Positions 1 through 11,700 of a DNA stretch of 64,000 nucleotides are shown here, one piece after another. Made by a program: the position numbers and the translations under genes. The stretch is from a virus. The stretch's first letter is position 1, and every line of letters begins with the position of its first letter. The notes beneath the pieces are model-generated. The model searched no databases and was not told where the DNA came from. It saw nothing but the letters and a program-made list of their open reading frames with translations. The stretch is from positions 32,001-96,000 of IMG/VR virus record IMGVR_UViG_3300033149_003715. The stretch is one strand, 5' to 3'.

Positions 1-93
1 TCTTTGAAGATTAAGCAAGAGGAACTTGATACATTACGCAAAAAATCTGCACAGGCTGTGCTTAAGGATGTGGGGAATGTATCTGGATCATGA
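1..93 (+). CDS. 3' end of an upstream CDS (partial, hypothetical)
   Basis: Frame 1 is open from the window edge (SLKIKQEELDTLRKK...GNVSGS) to TGA at 91-93, which overlaps the next start codon (ATGA). Confidence 0.6.
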   Translation, partial: SLKIKQEELDTLRKKSAQAVLKDVGNVSGS

Positions 94-1136
94 CTGCAAC
101 CGAGATAGATCAATTAATCTGGAGAATTGCACACGGCAAATTTAAATGTATAGTTGATGGTCGTGTGGTTTATATTGTGCAGCCAACTCTAGATATTAAA
201 CAGCAGGCACAACAATTTTACGATAATATCATTGAAAAACACAAATTTAATTCTTGGATTTCGCCGCATACTTGCAAAGAAAAATTAATTCAACTTGGAT
301 TATATAATAAATGTGACGATGAAAGCCTAAATCGTTATTATGATCAATTAGCCAATCTTAAAGTTAGATTATTTCATGCTCTATATAATTATGGTATGCA
401 GAATAGGATCAGGCAGGAAATTAAGCGATTATATGCATCAATAGATCAAATATATCAAACCCGCCATATGTTGGATTATGTAACGTTAGAAGGTTACGCT
501 AATATTCTAACTCAGCAGTTCATATTAACTAAAACCACCTATGATGAGTGTGGTAATTTATTTTTTGGTTCTGATGTTCCATTTCCATTATTGGAATATT
601 TATTTAAACAAAAAGTTCAAAAACAAATTTCTATTGCTCAATATCGGCAGTTAGCACGATGTGATCAGTGGAGATTATATTGGAATATTGGTAAACCTAA
701 TCCATTTAATAGACGCTTGATTAACTTGACTGACGAGCAACAACAACTGATATTATATTCAAGAATGTATGATCAGGCTTATGAGAATCCGGATTGTCCA
801 CCTCGTACTGTTATAGAAGATGATGATATGTTTGATGGATGGTTAATTGATTGTCAGAGAAAACTTGAAACAGAAAGGAAACAACAACAAGTAAAAAAAC
901 ATATTAATCCAAAACATGAAAATGCTCAAGAAATATTTTTGATGGCTAATTCTAAAAAAGATGTTGAAGAAATTAATAGTTTAAACGATATGAGTAGCAG
1001 AATGATTAAACACCAAAGACAACAAATAATTAAGCAAAAGGGTAAAGTAAAAGATTCAGATTTACCAGATCGTAAATTAGAAATTATCGAGCGTTCGAGA
1101 CAACAATTTTTGGATCATGTTAGATCTAACGTATAG
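90..1136 (+). CDS. Hypothetical protein, possible tail assembly chaperone
   Basis: 348-aa ORF just upstream of the tape measure gene; helical, with a PPxxVIEDDDMFDGW segment. Function inferred from position only. Confidence 0.5.
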   Translation: MTATEIDQLIWRIAHGKFKCIVDGRVVYIVQPTLDIKQQAQQFYDNIIEKHKFNSWISPHTCKEKLIQLGLYNKCDDESLNRYYDQLANLKVRLFHALYNYGMQNRIRQEIKRLYASIDQIYQTRHMLDYVTLEGYANILTQQFILTKTTYDECGNLFFGSDVPFPLLEYLFKQKVQKQISIAQYRQLARCDQWRLYWNIGKPNPFNRRLINLTDEQQQLILYSRMYDQAYENPDCPPRTVIEDDDMFDGWLIDCQRKLETERKQQQVKKHINPKHENAQEIFLMANSKKDVEEINSLNDMSSRMIKHQRQQIIKQKGKVKDSDLPDRKLEIIERSRQQFLDHVRSNV

Positions 1137-1153
1137 GGTAGAGAGGATACATT

Positions 1154-1516
1154 ATGGATTATGATTATTATTATATGAAACAAACTGTTGATGATATGAA
1201 GAAAGCCAAAAGGGAACAATATCGTCAGAACTCGAAAAAGCGATTGATAGATAAAGTTAAGAAAAAGTTTCAAACTACTATGATTGGAGCATTAGATAAA
1301 TTTGAACGTAGGTTTGGCCATTTATGGGGAATTGGTAAAGATGTAAAAGATTTAACCCAAGATGAAATAAAATTTTTTGAACAATGGCAAATGGTTAGAA
1401 CCGATATTCTAAATTTAGGAAATGCACAACAACGAGCATGTCTTGATGAAATTGCTCAATATACAATATCGTGGGATAAAATTCGTACTAAGTTTGTTGT
1501 TAGTAAAGTTAAATAG
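1154..1516 (+). CDS. Hypothetical phage protein
   Basis: 120-aa ORF with GAGGA SD, co-oriented in the tail operon. Confidence 0.7.
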   Translation: MDYDYYYMKQTVDDMKKAKREQYRQNSKKRLIDKVKKKFQTTMIGALDKFERRFGHLWGIGKDVKDLTQDEIKFFEQWQMVRTDILNLGNAQQRACLDEIAQYTISWDKIRTKFVVSKVK

Positions 1517-1525
1517 GAGGAAATT

Positions 1526-2371
1526 ATGAGCAGGGTTTATGTAGATTTTGAGCTTAATGTTGATGGTAAACAAAAGTTTTTTAGGATTTATGAGCCAACT
1601 TTTAAAGATCAACAAGAAGCAAATAATGTTAGGAATAAGGTTTTTAATGAAGCATTGAGTAATGGTGCATTATTAAGGATACAATTAGATGACATTATAA
1701 AAAAGCAGAAAATTTTGGATGAGGAAAAAGAGAAAGAATATAATCAATTACGTATACGTTTGAATGAAGGTGAAAAGAAACTATCTGAAGGTGGTATTAA
1801 TATTAATGAAGCCAAAGATATAGCATTAGATATGCAAGAAGTACGACAAAAAATGAAAGAAATTTTATCTGCACGTGCTCAACTAGAAAATTATACCGCT
1901 GAAGGACAAGCAGATAATATGGCATTTAATTATTTGGTTTCTGTATGTCTAAAAGAACGTCTTGGTGATACTAAAGATGCTAAAGAAGTACCTTATTTCA
2001 AAAATTTGGATGCGTATTTAAGTGATAATAACTCAGAAGTAGCATATACTGCGGCATCTAAATTAGCCAGTATTTTATACAGGTTAAATGATGAAACAGA
2101 CAAAAACCTACCCGAAAACAAGTTTCTGCAAGATTACGGTTTTGTAGATGATAAATTACGACTGGTTAATCAAGATGGTAAATTAATCAACAGAGATGGT
2201 AAATTAATTGATGAGTATGGAAGGCTAATTAACGAAAATGGCGAATTAATTGATGATAATGGTAATGTTATTACTGATGATGGTACATATAAAGTAGAGT
2301 TTAAAGGTTTTACTAATGATAGTGGTGAGGTTGTAAAACCAGCTAAGGAAATGACAACAAATAGTGAATAA
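1526..2371 (+). CDS. Putative tail assembly chaperone with C-terminal 7-aa repeats
   Basis: AGGAGG SD; acidic 281-aa protein directly before the tape measure gene. Confidence 0.55.
   Translation: MSRVYVDFELNVDGKQKFFRIYEPTFKDQQEANNVRNKVFNEALSNGALLRIQLDDIIKKQKILDEEKEKEYNQLRIRLNEGEKKLSEGGININEAKDIALDMQEVRQKMKEILSARAQLENYTAEGQADNMAFNYLVSVCLKERLGDTKDAKEVPYFKNLDAYLSDNNSEVAYTAASKLASILYRLNDETDKNLPENKFLQDYGFVDDKLRLVNQDGKLINRDGKLIDEYGRLINENGELIDDNGNVITDDGTYKVEFKGFTNDSGEVVKPAKEMTTNSE
2141..2287 (+). repeat. 7 x 21-nt degenerate coding tandem repeat (LI[N/D]xDGx)
   Basis: FVDDKLR-LVNQDGK-LINRDGK-LIDEYGR-LINENGE-LIDDNGN-VITDDGT. Confidence 0.85.
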
Positions 2372-2402
2372 CTAATATCACTCTCTTAATAATGAGATAG
2401 TT

Positions 2403-5400
2403 ATGGCTGATTTTCAATTAACTGGTAAGCTGATTATAGGTGGTGTAGATACCAAGTTAGCTCGTGCCCAAATAGCTCGTGATTTTGCTGGTATAAAAGT
2501 ACCTAGTGATGTATTGAATACTTATCAAAAACTTAATACTAATATAGGTGCTCTTAATGATACTCTTACGAAATCCAAAGCACCATTGCGTAATGTAAAA
2601 AAGGGAGTTCAAGAAGTTAGAGATGAAATTGCAGAATTTGGTCGTGTATCTGGTTTAGCTATTCGTAGGTATACCGGATTTGTGGTAGCTACCGCAGCTA
2701 CGTTTGGATTATTCAGAAAAATTACTGGTGCTATTGGTAATGCAATTGAATTTCAAAAAGAAATGACTAAAGTTGCTCAGATAACAGGAAAGTCTACTCG
2801 TTCACTAGTTGGTTTGACAAATGAGATTGGTCGTTTGAGCACTACTTTTGGGGTTTCATCTCAAGAGTTAGTTGGTGTAGCAAAGTTATTAACTCAAACT
2901 GGATTAAGTGCTAGTAAAACACAAGTAGCATTACAGGCATTAAGTAAGGCCGCATTGTTACCAACATTCAGTGATCTTACACAAGCTACTGAAGGTGCTA
3001 TTGCTATTTTGAGTCAATTTAGGGATGAGGCAAGGGGTACTAGTCTTGATGCTAAAAATTTGGAAGAAGTATTTGGAGCTATGAACGCTATTGCTGGTAG
3101 ATTTGCAGTTGAAATGGGAGATTTAATTACTGTTATTCGTAAAACCGGTGGAATATTTACGGCAGCATCTCAAGGTATTGGAACACCAAGAGAACAACTT
3201 GAACAATTGTTGGCCTTATTTACTGCTGTGCGATCTACTACACGAGAAAGTGCTGAAACAATTGCCGTTGGATTGCGTACTATTTTTGCAAGATTACAGC
3301 GTTCACGTACTGTTGATGTATTAGTAGAAATGGGTGTAAAGTTGCGTGATGCTGAAGATAATTTTGTTGGTGTATATGAAGCTTTACGCAGAATTAGTCA
3401 AAAATTAGGAACTTTAGACCCACGATCCAGACAATTCTTTGAAATTATTCAACAGTTGGGTGGTGTTCGGCAAATTGGCAAAGTAATTCCGTTGATTCAA
3501 CAATTTGAAAAAGCCGAAAAAGCTTTAATTGTTGCTCAAAAAGGAAGATTGTCAGTCAATGATGATATTGTTAAAGCACAACAAACATTAGCTAATCAAA
3601 TTGCCAGAACACGTGAAGAATTTGAAAAACTTATACGTGAAATTTCTGAAACGCAAACATTTAAGACTTTAATAGAATTAGTATTATTAACTACACGAAC
3701 ATTTATTAATTTGGGTCGCACAATTAGAGAAGCTTTACCATTTTTAACTGTATTGGGTATAGTTAGAGGAATTCCGTTAGCGAAAAGATTTTTAAATGTT
3801 CAGAGAGGATTTTTTGGTGGGATGCGTGGACATCTTGGTCAAGCAACTGGTGGATTAATCCCTGGTAGTGGTAACAAGGATTCTATTCCTGCTTTATTAA
3901 CTCCTGGTGAGTTTGTTATTAATAAAAAGTCTGTCAGTAAAATTGGTCTAACAAATCTTAAAATGTTAAATCAGTTTGGAAAAGGTGGTCTTGTACATTT
4001 TGCTGATGGTGGATCTTTAGAAAAAAAATTAAGAGATATTCATGGTCGTACACTAGAAAATATTACTGCTAGATCTGTAGCACGATCTATGGTTAAAGGT
4101 AGTGGTCTTAAAAGTCTTGTTCGTGTGCAACAACTTGAACAAAAATTGATTGAAGAAGATCCAATTAAAAGATTAACAAATCTTGCTCGTCGTTCTACAG
4201 AAGCTGCAAAATCTAAAGTAGTTGCTAGAACTGGTATAGGCAAAAAACGTGTACCATTTGAAAGTATTTCTCCTTCTACGCTCTATGGTCTTATTAGTAG
4301 TGATATAAAACCAAAACAAAGCATAAAACCCTTACCAACGTTGCCTGTATTTCCGCAAGAAAAACAATTTGAATATATATATAGCACAGCACGCAAAGAA
4401 TTACAAATATTTACTAAAGACACACGAGCTACTACGGTAGCTATGAAAAGATTTTGGAAAAAAATAGAAAGTGGTGTTTCAACAACGGGAGCTTATACAG
4501 AAGCTTTGCGAACAGCCGAAACATTTCAAAGAAAGGCCGGAAGACGTGGTGGTATAGGGGGTGGTGGAGGTTTATTACGCGGTGTAGGTAGGGGTATAAA
4601 TAGGCTTCGTAATATAAATCCTGTAGCCGGTTTACTTGCGGTTCCATTTTTACAAGCTGGTATAACGCAAATTGCTGGAGAACGTGCTGGACAAGTAACT
4701 GGTGGTGTAATTGGTGGTGCCGCAACAGGTTTTGCGTTGGGAGGTGGTCCAATTGGTGCAGCTATTGGTGGTGTATTAGGATTATTTTCCTCGTTAAGTG
4801 ATAATACTCAGGATTTAATCAATATACAAAATGAACTAATACGTTCAACTACTAAAATAGATGATGCTTTTACGAAGTTTACACAAAAAAATGATATTAG
4901 AGTGTTTGGAAGTACTGATATTGCTAAGGGTGGTAAATTAAGATTCCAAGCCTTAGCGGCAGAAGAATCTAGTTTACTATTTGGTACACCTAAATCTGTT
5001 AGCGATGTTGCATTTGAACGTTCTACTGGTGGTATTTTTGGAAAAACGGGTTTTCTTTCTCTTAGTATAGCAGGTCTCGCAGAAGAAATGGTCACTGGTA
5101 GTTCTAAAATTTTGGAAAATCAACAAAAGGAAATTGGGAAAGAACAAGAAAGAATTGTAAATGAATTACGTACTCCTGAAGTTATACAAACCGGAGAAAA
5201 AGCGTTAGGGGCATTAGAACAATTTTTACAAAAAAGCGGAGATTTAGAAAGTTTTATAAAATTAAGGGGTCGTCAAAGGCTTGGTGCAAGGAATTTGGCA
5301 ACACAAATTGTTGGTGCTTTTGGAACTGTAAAACAACGTAAAACATTAATTGATTTACAAGCACAAGGTAAGGTTCAATTAGCTGGTGAAAAGGCATTAG

Positions 5401-7190
5401 AATTTTTAACTACTTTACCAGAGGTTAACGAAATAAGTAAATTAACTGAAATACAAAAAGATCTAAATAAAACCTATAATAGATTAACAAAAGCAGCAAA
5501 TCGTGCTAATATTGAGTTATCGAGATCTATTAGATCTTTATCAAATATTTCTGTTCGTGCCCAACGTGCTATAAACGTTGGTAGTAATTATGCTTTGGCT
5601 AACCAAACAATTGCGACAAGATTGGGTGGAAATATTGCCATCGGTAGACCTTTGCAGAAAAATGTTTTTAGTGATATACGTCTTAGATCTTATGGAGAAT
5701 TGTTTAGATCTTTTGGTAGATTGCAAGAGGGATTAGGGGTTTCTACCGCAGATATTCGAGATTCTTTATTGGGTGGTCTTAAAGCTAGAAGAACGATTGA
5801 AAAATCTATGTTAGATTTAAAACGCGGGCGTTCTTCTCGTTTTATAACAAAAATTGGAGAGTTACCAATAGATAAACATTTAAAAGAAATGCTTACTAAT
5901 ACGTTTAAAAAATTAACACTTGGGGGAAAAGAAGAACAAGAAGTTTTAAAGATACTTACAGATGAAATTGTAAATCCTTTTATTGATGTATCATTAAATG
6001 CTGCTCGTTCACTACAAGACGGTTTAAATCAAGCAAACGAAAGATATATACAAGCCGTTGAAAATCAAGCAAGAATACAGGCTAATATTAATACAAGAAT
6101 TGCTAATGTTGCTAATTTGCGAATACAACAAAGAAATGTACGTACCACTTTGTTTGGTGGCAGGCTAACTATGAGAGATGTTGAAACTCCATTGAGTGCT
6201 CAAATACGTGCATTAACTGGGCTTAGAACAAATACTATTGCATTTAATCCAAAAACTGGATATACTATGAATGATTTTAATAATCTAGTATCTAGAATTA
6301 ATGAAAGGATAACTAAATTACAAGAAAGAAGAACAGCTATTGAATCTAGATTACAAGATGGAATATCTAAACAAGAATCTATGAATATGATACGGGAACT
6401 TGGTTCATTAGAAACACAGTTAAAAAATCATAGAAATGCTTTGGAATTATTAGCTACAAATACTGATAAGTTAGCTTTTATACAGAACAGATTAGTAGAA
6501 ATAGAACAACAAAGACAAAGAATTCGTGGAGGATTATTAGGTATTTTACAAATGGGACCAGAAGAAATCCAACGTGCTATATTTGGACAGTTAGCAATTG
6601 CACAAGTTAGACGAACTGGTCAATATCCAGAAACACACATGGGATTTCAAAGATTATTTACTGGTATACAAGGTTTAGAACCATTTCTTACGCAGGAAGA
6701 ACAAGAACTAGCTTATACTCGCATTTTAAAAGCATTTTTTACCCAAATGGGCATTAAACCTGGACCAAGATTGGGTGCGGGATTACAAATGCGTGGACAG
6801 GGAATAGAAGAACAAAGACTTGCCGCACAATTACAGCAGGCACAGGAAGTAATGTTAAGGGCAACTAATTTGACTATTCAATTAGATCAAAAAGATCTTA
6901 TAATTCATGCTAATAATTCACGTATTCAATTAAATACCACAAGAGAGGCTTTACAAGAAGCGGTGCAAGGACAAGTTGGAATAAATCAGATACAAGCAGA
7001 TCGTTTAGAAGGTACAGTAAGACATATGCATGAAATTAATATAAATGGTGCCCAGATTTTAAGTGATATTAACCAGGAAATTGCTATGAATGTTAAAAAA
7101 GGTGTTAGTGAAGTTATACGTCGAAGAACTAATCCGGTTGATAATGAACCTTTAGACGGTTTTGATTTTACCCAAGAGCTTGTAACGTAA
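2403..7190 (+). CDS. Tail tape measure protein (TP901-like N-terminal domain)
   Basis: 1595 aa, helical. Contains IEFQKEMTKVAQITG, ESAETIAVGLRTIFARL, the TMP-typical ATGGLIPGSGNKDSIPALLTPGEFVINK motif and a Gly-rich hydrophobic segment. Confidence 0.92.
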   Translation: MADFQLTGKLIIGGVDTKLARAQIARDFAGIKVPSDVLNTYQKLNTNIGALNDTLTKSKAPLRNVKKGVQEVRDEIAEFGRVSGLAIRRYTGFVVATAATFGLFRKITGAIGNAIEFQKEMTKVAQITGKSTRSLVGLTNEIGRLSTTFGVSSQELVGVAKLLTQTGLSASKTQVALQALSKAALLPTFSDLTQATEGAIAILSQFRDEARGTSLDAKNLEEVFGAMNAIAGRFAVEMGDLITVIRKTGGIFTAASQGIGTPREQLEQLLALFTAVRSTTRESAETIAVGLRTIFARLQRSRTVDVLVEMGVKLRDAEDNFVGVYEALRRISQKLGTLDPRSRQFFEIIQQLGGVRQIGKVIPLIQQFEKAEKALIVAQKGRLSVNDDIVKAQQTLANQIARTREEFEKLIREISETQTFKTLIELVLLTTRTFINLGRTIREALPFLTVLGIVRGIPLAKRFLNVQRGFFGGMRGHLGQATGGLIPGSGNKDSIPALLTPGEFVINKKSVSKIGLTNLKMLNQFGKGGLVHFADGGSLEKKLRDIHGRTLENITARSVARSMVKGSGLKSLVRVQQLEQKLIEEDPIKRLTNLARRSTEAAKSKVVARTGIGKKRVPFESISPSTLYGLISSDIKPKQSIKPLPTLPVFPQEKQFEYIYSTARKELQIFTKDTRATTVAMKRFWKKIESGVSTTGAYTEALRTAETFQRKAGRRGGIGGGGGLLRGVGRGINRLRNINPVAGLLAVPFLQAGITQIAGERAGQVTGGVIGGAATGFALGGGPIGAAIGGVLGLFSSLSDNTQDLINIQNELIRSTTKIDDAFTKFTQKNDIRVFGSTDIAKGGKLRFQALAAEESSLLFGTPKSVSDVAFERSTGGIFGKTGFLSLSIAGLAEEMVTGSSKILENQQKEIGKEQERIVNELRTPEVIQTGEKALGALEQFLQKSGDLESFIKLRGRQRLGARNLATQIVGAFGTVKQRKTLIDLQAQGKVQLAGEKALEFLTTLPEVNEISKLTEIQKDLNKTYNRLTKAANRANIELSRSIRSLSNISVRAQRAINVGSNYALANQTIATRLGGNIAIGRPLQKNVFSDIRLRSYGELFRSFGRLQEGLGVSTADIRDSLLGGLKARRTIEKSMLDLKRGRSSRFITKIGELPIDKHLKEMLTNTFKKLTLGGKEEQEVLKILTDEIVNPFIDVSLNAARSLQDGLNQANERYIQAVENQARIQANINTRIANVANLRIQQRNVRTTLFGGRLTMRDVETPLSAQIRALTGLRTNTIAFNPKTGYTMNDFNNLVSRINERITKLQERRTAIESRLQDGISKQESMNMIRELGSLETQLKNHRNALELLATNTDKLAFIQNRLVEIEQQRQRIRGGLLGILQMGPEEIQRAIFGQLAIAQVRRTGQYPETHMGFQRLFTGIQGLEPFLTQEEQELAYTRILKAFFTQMGIKPGPRLGAGLQMRGQGIEEQRLAAQLQQAQEVMLRATNLTIQLDQKDLIIHANNSRIQLNTTREALQEAVQGQVGINQIQADRLEGTVRHMHEININGAQILSDINQEIAMNVKKGVSEVIRRRTNPVDNEPLDGFDFTQELVT

Positions 7191-7206
7191 TGTAAGGAGA
7201 AATAGT

Positions 7207-8691
7207 GTGGGTACAGAAATGACATATGGTTCATACCATTTCTCGCCAGTACCATTGGTTACCATCAATAAGATATATCAAAAATCTGACGGTGGTGTAA
7301 AATTAGGTACGCTATATCGCATGACGTTAGATGGTGTACTAACACCATTACCTGATGATGATACTGGTATAATTAATGTGATGCCGTTGCAGGATGATTT
7401 ACGTACTGCATTTGCACAGGAAGGTTGTCCATTTGGTATTGCTTGTGATGGCAATGTATTATGGACTGGGCATCCACGAATTAATAATATTACACTTAAT
7501 CGTACTAATAATAATTGGGTAGAAACCACAGCGTTCACTATTGAATTAGAATTTGATGATGAACCTACTGGTGCCGGAGAAGATGATAGTTTAGATTATA
7601 TTGAAAGTGCTAATGAACAATGGAATTTAGAATTTCTGGATGATAGATCATACTTCACATTAGAACTACCTGGCAACGTTACAGACCCGGGACCATACGT
7701 TTTACGTGTATCACATCAATTATCCGCTAAGGGAAAAACTCACTACAATTCTTGTGATAATGTACCATTGCCAGCATGGAAAGTTGCTGAAAATTTTGTG
7801 CAAAATAGACTTGGTTTTGATAATAATCATTTAGAAGCAACAGGTGTGGTTAATTTTGATATTAGTAATTTTGGTAAATACAATCATATGAGGACACGAC
7901 AAGCAGATGAATTAGCTGGGACTTTTAGTGTTACTGAAAATTGGCTTGTAATAAGCACTGGTGTTAATACTCCAAGCGAAAACGCATTGGAAGATTTTAC
8001 TATGGATGTACGTAAAGGTATTACGGATCCATTTACACAAATTACTATTAATGGTACCATTCAAGGATTAGAGACACGCACTTATGAGCCAACCCTTAAT
8101 ATAACAGAAAGTAAATATGCTGCTGCATCTGGTTATTGGAATGTTGTTCAAAATAGATTGTATAATCGTGTTCAATTAGCGGCAAGTGGTGTAGCTGTAC
8201 GAACAATTAATACCACTCCAGTTTCAGAAGTAATCACACATAGTCCTAGTCGTGGTACTATTGCTTATAGTTATAGCTATGATGATAGACCAAGTAATTG
8301 TATTGCTGGAGCCCTGTCTGAATCTATAGAAATTGTAGATAATAATCCAACAGATGTAATGGCCCGCTTAACTGTATTGGGTAGAGCAGTTGGACCAATT
8401 TTACAAGATATTAATACCATTACAGAATCTTCCAGAGATATTGCTATTGAAGTTGTTACAAATCCAGCAACTGGATATGATAGTGCAACAGATTTATTAA
8501 ATACAGGCGGTGTAGCAACACAAGTTGAATCATTATTATGTGAATTTCAAACCAATTTGACTAATACATATAACCAAGTATTCAAAACGACAGACAATGA
8601 ACGCTGGAATCCTAAAACCGGCAGATATTCTAGGAATGTAAGGTTTGTATATCAGGATTGTGATATCATAAATGATACATCACTATGTTAA
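7207..8691 (+). CDS. Tail protein (distal tail/tail-tip-like)
   Basis: GTG start with AAGGAG SD; acidic, beta-rich 494-aa protein immediately after the TMP. Confidence 0.65.
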   Translation: MGTEMTYGSYHFSPVPLVTINKIYQKSDGGVKLGTLYRMTLDGVLTPLPDDDTGIINVMPLQDDLRTAFAQEGCPFGIACDGNVLWTGHPRINNITLNRTNNNWVETTAFTIELEFDDEPTGAGEDDSLDYIESANEQWNLEFLDDRSYFTLELPGNVTDPGPYVLRVSHQLSAKGKTHYNSCDNVPLPAWKVAENFVQNRLGFDNNHLEATGVVNFDISNFGKYNHMRTRQADELAGTFSVTENWLVISTGVNTPSENALEDFTMDVRKGITDPFTQITINGTIQGLETRTYEPTLNITESKYAAASGYWNVVQNRLYNRVQLAASGVAVRTINTTPVSEVITHSPSRGTIAYSYSYDDRPSNCIAGALSESIEIVDNNPTDVMARLTVLGRAVGPILQDINTITESSRDIAIEVVTNPATGYDSATDLLNTGGVATQVESLLCEFQTNLTNTYNQVFKTTDNERWNPKTGRYSRNVRFVYQDCDIINDTSLC

Positions 8692-8705
8692 TATAGGAGA
8701 AAGCT

Positions 8706-11700
8706 GTGGGTAATCAGTCTGGGTATAGTCTAACCATTGATAAATTACGGCGAGATGAATATGCATCATTAACACCAGAACAATATGCTGCTATTTTGGG
8801 AGAAAATTGTTTAACTGGTGCTACTTTTGGTCCATATCATCAAACGCTTTTTTTGGGTTGTAGTGTACGATCTTTTACGGCTACAGTTGGTTGGAACGAG
8901 CAAATTGGCCAATTAACTGTAAATTTGGTTCGTGATCCATGTGCATCATCAGATGGTAAAGATTATTGGGATGAAGATTTAAAGGTACAGTCATGGTATG
9001 ATGCTGATCCAGGATTTGTCGGATTAAGTTATGATATTATAGGATGTCCGGCAATGTTTCGTGTACAGAATTTTGAATTTTCTGGTCTAATACAATCTTG
9101 GACTGAACAAAAATCTGAATCTGGTAATCCAGTATATACAGTACAATTGGTTGATCCACGCAGCATTTTAGAAGGTGCTCGTGTTATTACTGGGGATTAT
9201 GCTGGTGCTATTTTGGGTAATGGTTGGGATGCTAATACTGGACCATATAACTTAATTAATGTATTTGGATTTATGGAAGCTTTTGGTATAGATTGTCCGC
9301 AGACATATTTGGATACTTTAACTACTGAAAGCCTATTACCAAATGAAGATAAATACCTTTTCGGGGATGGTGGGCCAGATGGTGCTATTTTTGGTACACC
9401 GTCTGGTGGATATGGGGGAGCTAGAACTAACCGTAATGGCATGCAATGGTTACGTGTTATTACTGGCTTGAATATACTATTAAATTCTATTCCTATTTCA
9501 ACAGATCCAGCAGTACAAAAATATTCGCCATATGGTCGCTTGGTGTTTCGCGGCATTAATCGTGCAGATGTAAGTAATATTGGCGGTTTTGGGTTAATGG
9601 GGCATGATAGAACAGATATTCTTGGACCTTTTACTGGTTTACCATCTACACGTTATTTGTCTGATTACTTTGTTGATTTATCAGAGTTACCCACACCGCC
9701 CGCATATTGGAGAATTAATGGAAATAATATTTCAATTTTGGAAATGATTTCCAGTATTTGCGAAGATGCAGGTTATGATTATTATATTGAATTAATACCT
9801 ATTCGCGGACTATCCTCATCATGGGCATCCAGTAATATTGCCAAAATAATTAAAATTAGAACAGTTAGAAGGTTATCGCAACCATCTTTAGGACAAATTT
9901 CTAATTTTATTGATAATGCTGAGGGTAGTTTAAATACTAGTCGTGGGGTGGAATTACGTAACGAATTTACATCATCTTTTGTTGTAGGAGGAAAAAAACA
10001 AACTCTTTACCAAATAGAGCAAGATACTAATCCTGAGGATGGTGATGAACCAGATCCACCCGAACAAAACGATATTATCGTACCGTTTTTTGGGTTGGAC
10101 GCCAATGAAGATGCTATTATTCCTACTAAAGATGATTTTGGATATTGGCAATTTGAGGCACCAACAGCCAATATTAACTTTAATTTACAAATTTTAGAAT
10201 TTCCCGATACAACTGCTACAATCAATGAACAAGAATTATTGGCAGCATTATCCGGTTATGATTCATGGTTAACATGGGTAGCTTACACAAATACTGACAC
10301 CGGACAATTAATTAATCTAAATATAGAAGGCGGTGGTCCAGTTTGGTCTCCTGCAAATTTTATTAAGATTCTTAAGAATAATGTACTACAAAAAGGTGAA
10401 TTTAAAGCAAGAGATTTTGTTAACTTAATGAATGGAGTTAACGCATTTATTAATGTTGTACAAGGAGATCCTGCAACTGTTTTGCAAGAAGATATGCAGT
10501 TGTTATATAATTGGGTGCATACTTATGCTAGTGAATATTATGGTAAAAAGTTTATGGTGCGAATACCCTATACTTGTGCTAGGATAGATGATGAGAGTGG
10601 TAATATTTTAACAAGCGAACAACCATCTGATGGTGGTTGGACAGATCAATTATTTGTACTTGGGTTAGCGGTCAGTAATACATTGTTGGAATTTTTTAAA
10701 CTTGAAGACGGTAGATATGGTACATTTGTAAGAATGGATAATGCGAATAGTTTGTATTCCGCAGAATTAGATCCACAAGATTACGGAATTGTGTCAAAAT
10801 ATGTTCATTCTGATCCATTTAGTGACGCACTTTTTGTCAAAGCCACATGCGACGAGGAATTTGTTTATGTCGATAAAGCTACCAGAACAAGTCCTCGTGT
10901 AGTAATTACTCTACCAGCTAGAGTTTCTCATATACAAAATGGTGGTAGACCATTTAGAAGTGTTAGACTACTTTATGAATTAATTAAGTATAATTTAGCG
11001 AAACATTCTGAGTCCGTCGATACTGGTACTGATACAATTACAGCAACGGCACATGGTTTAGAAAATGATACTGAGATTGTTTTGGAGTCTTTAAAGGATT
11101 TGCCAGCACCGTTGGAAAAAAATACTAAATATTTTGTTGTACAAAAAACTGATGATACTTTTAAGGTAAGTACTACTAAAGGTGGACCACCTGTTGATTT
11201 AACAACCGAGGGTGATGCTTTTAGGATTGTTGAATTTAAAAATATTGAGTTGATTGATCGTATATTTAAAGATGTTGGTGCTAAAGAAGCTATAGCACCT
11301 ATGGAATGGCCATCAGTTGTACCCGATGCTGTTGCGTGTGGGATTCAAAGTAATGTAATGACTTACGGACCTTGGGTAACAGAAGGGCCAGTGGGACAAA
11401 TACGTGTCGATATTGATCCTGGCTTAGTACCTTGGGAATATGGTGGATTTACTACTATGAACTTGGCTGGGCAATCAAAAGCTGATGAAGGCATTACATA
11501 TATGCAGGTTGGTGAACGTGGTAGTATTACCGTACCTGGATATCCTGTTATACCATTAGGTGCAGAATTGGGGGCCGTTAGTGGTGGATTTTTTGGTGCT
11601 GGGACTAATCTTATAGAAAATAGAATGACTAGTACGAACAATTTTAGTGAAACTTGGGCTAATGGTGTTGGTATATTTTCTGTAACATATGGACTTTTTG

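Noticed and set aside
1526-2402. Programmed -1 frameshift tail chaperone (gpG/gpGT)
   Set aside because: No in-frame slippery heptamer near the 3' end and no room for a second-frame ORF before the TMP.
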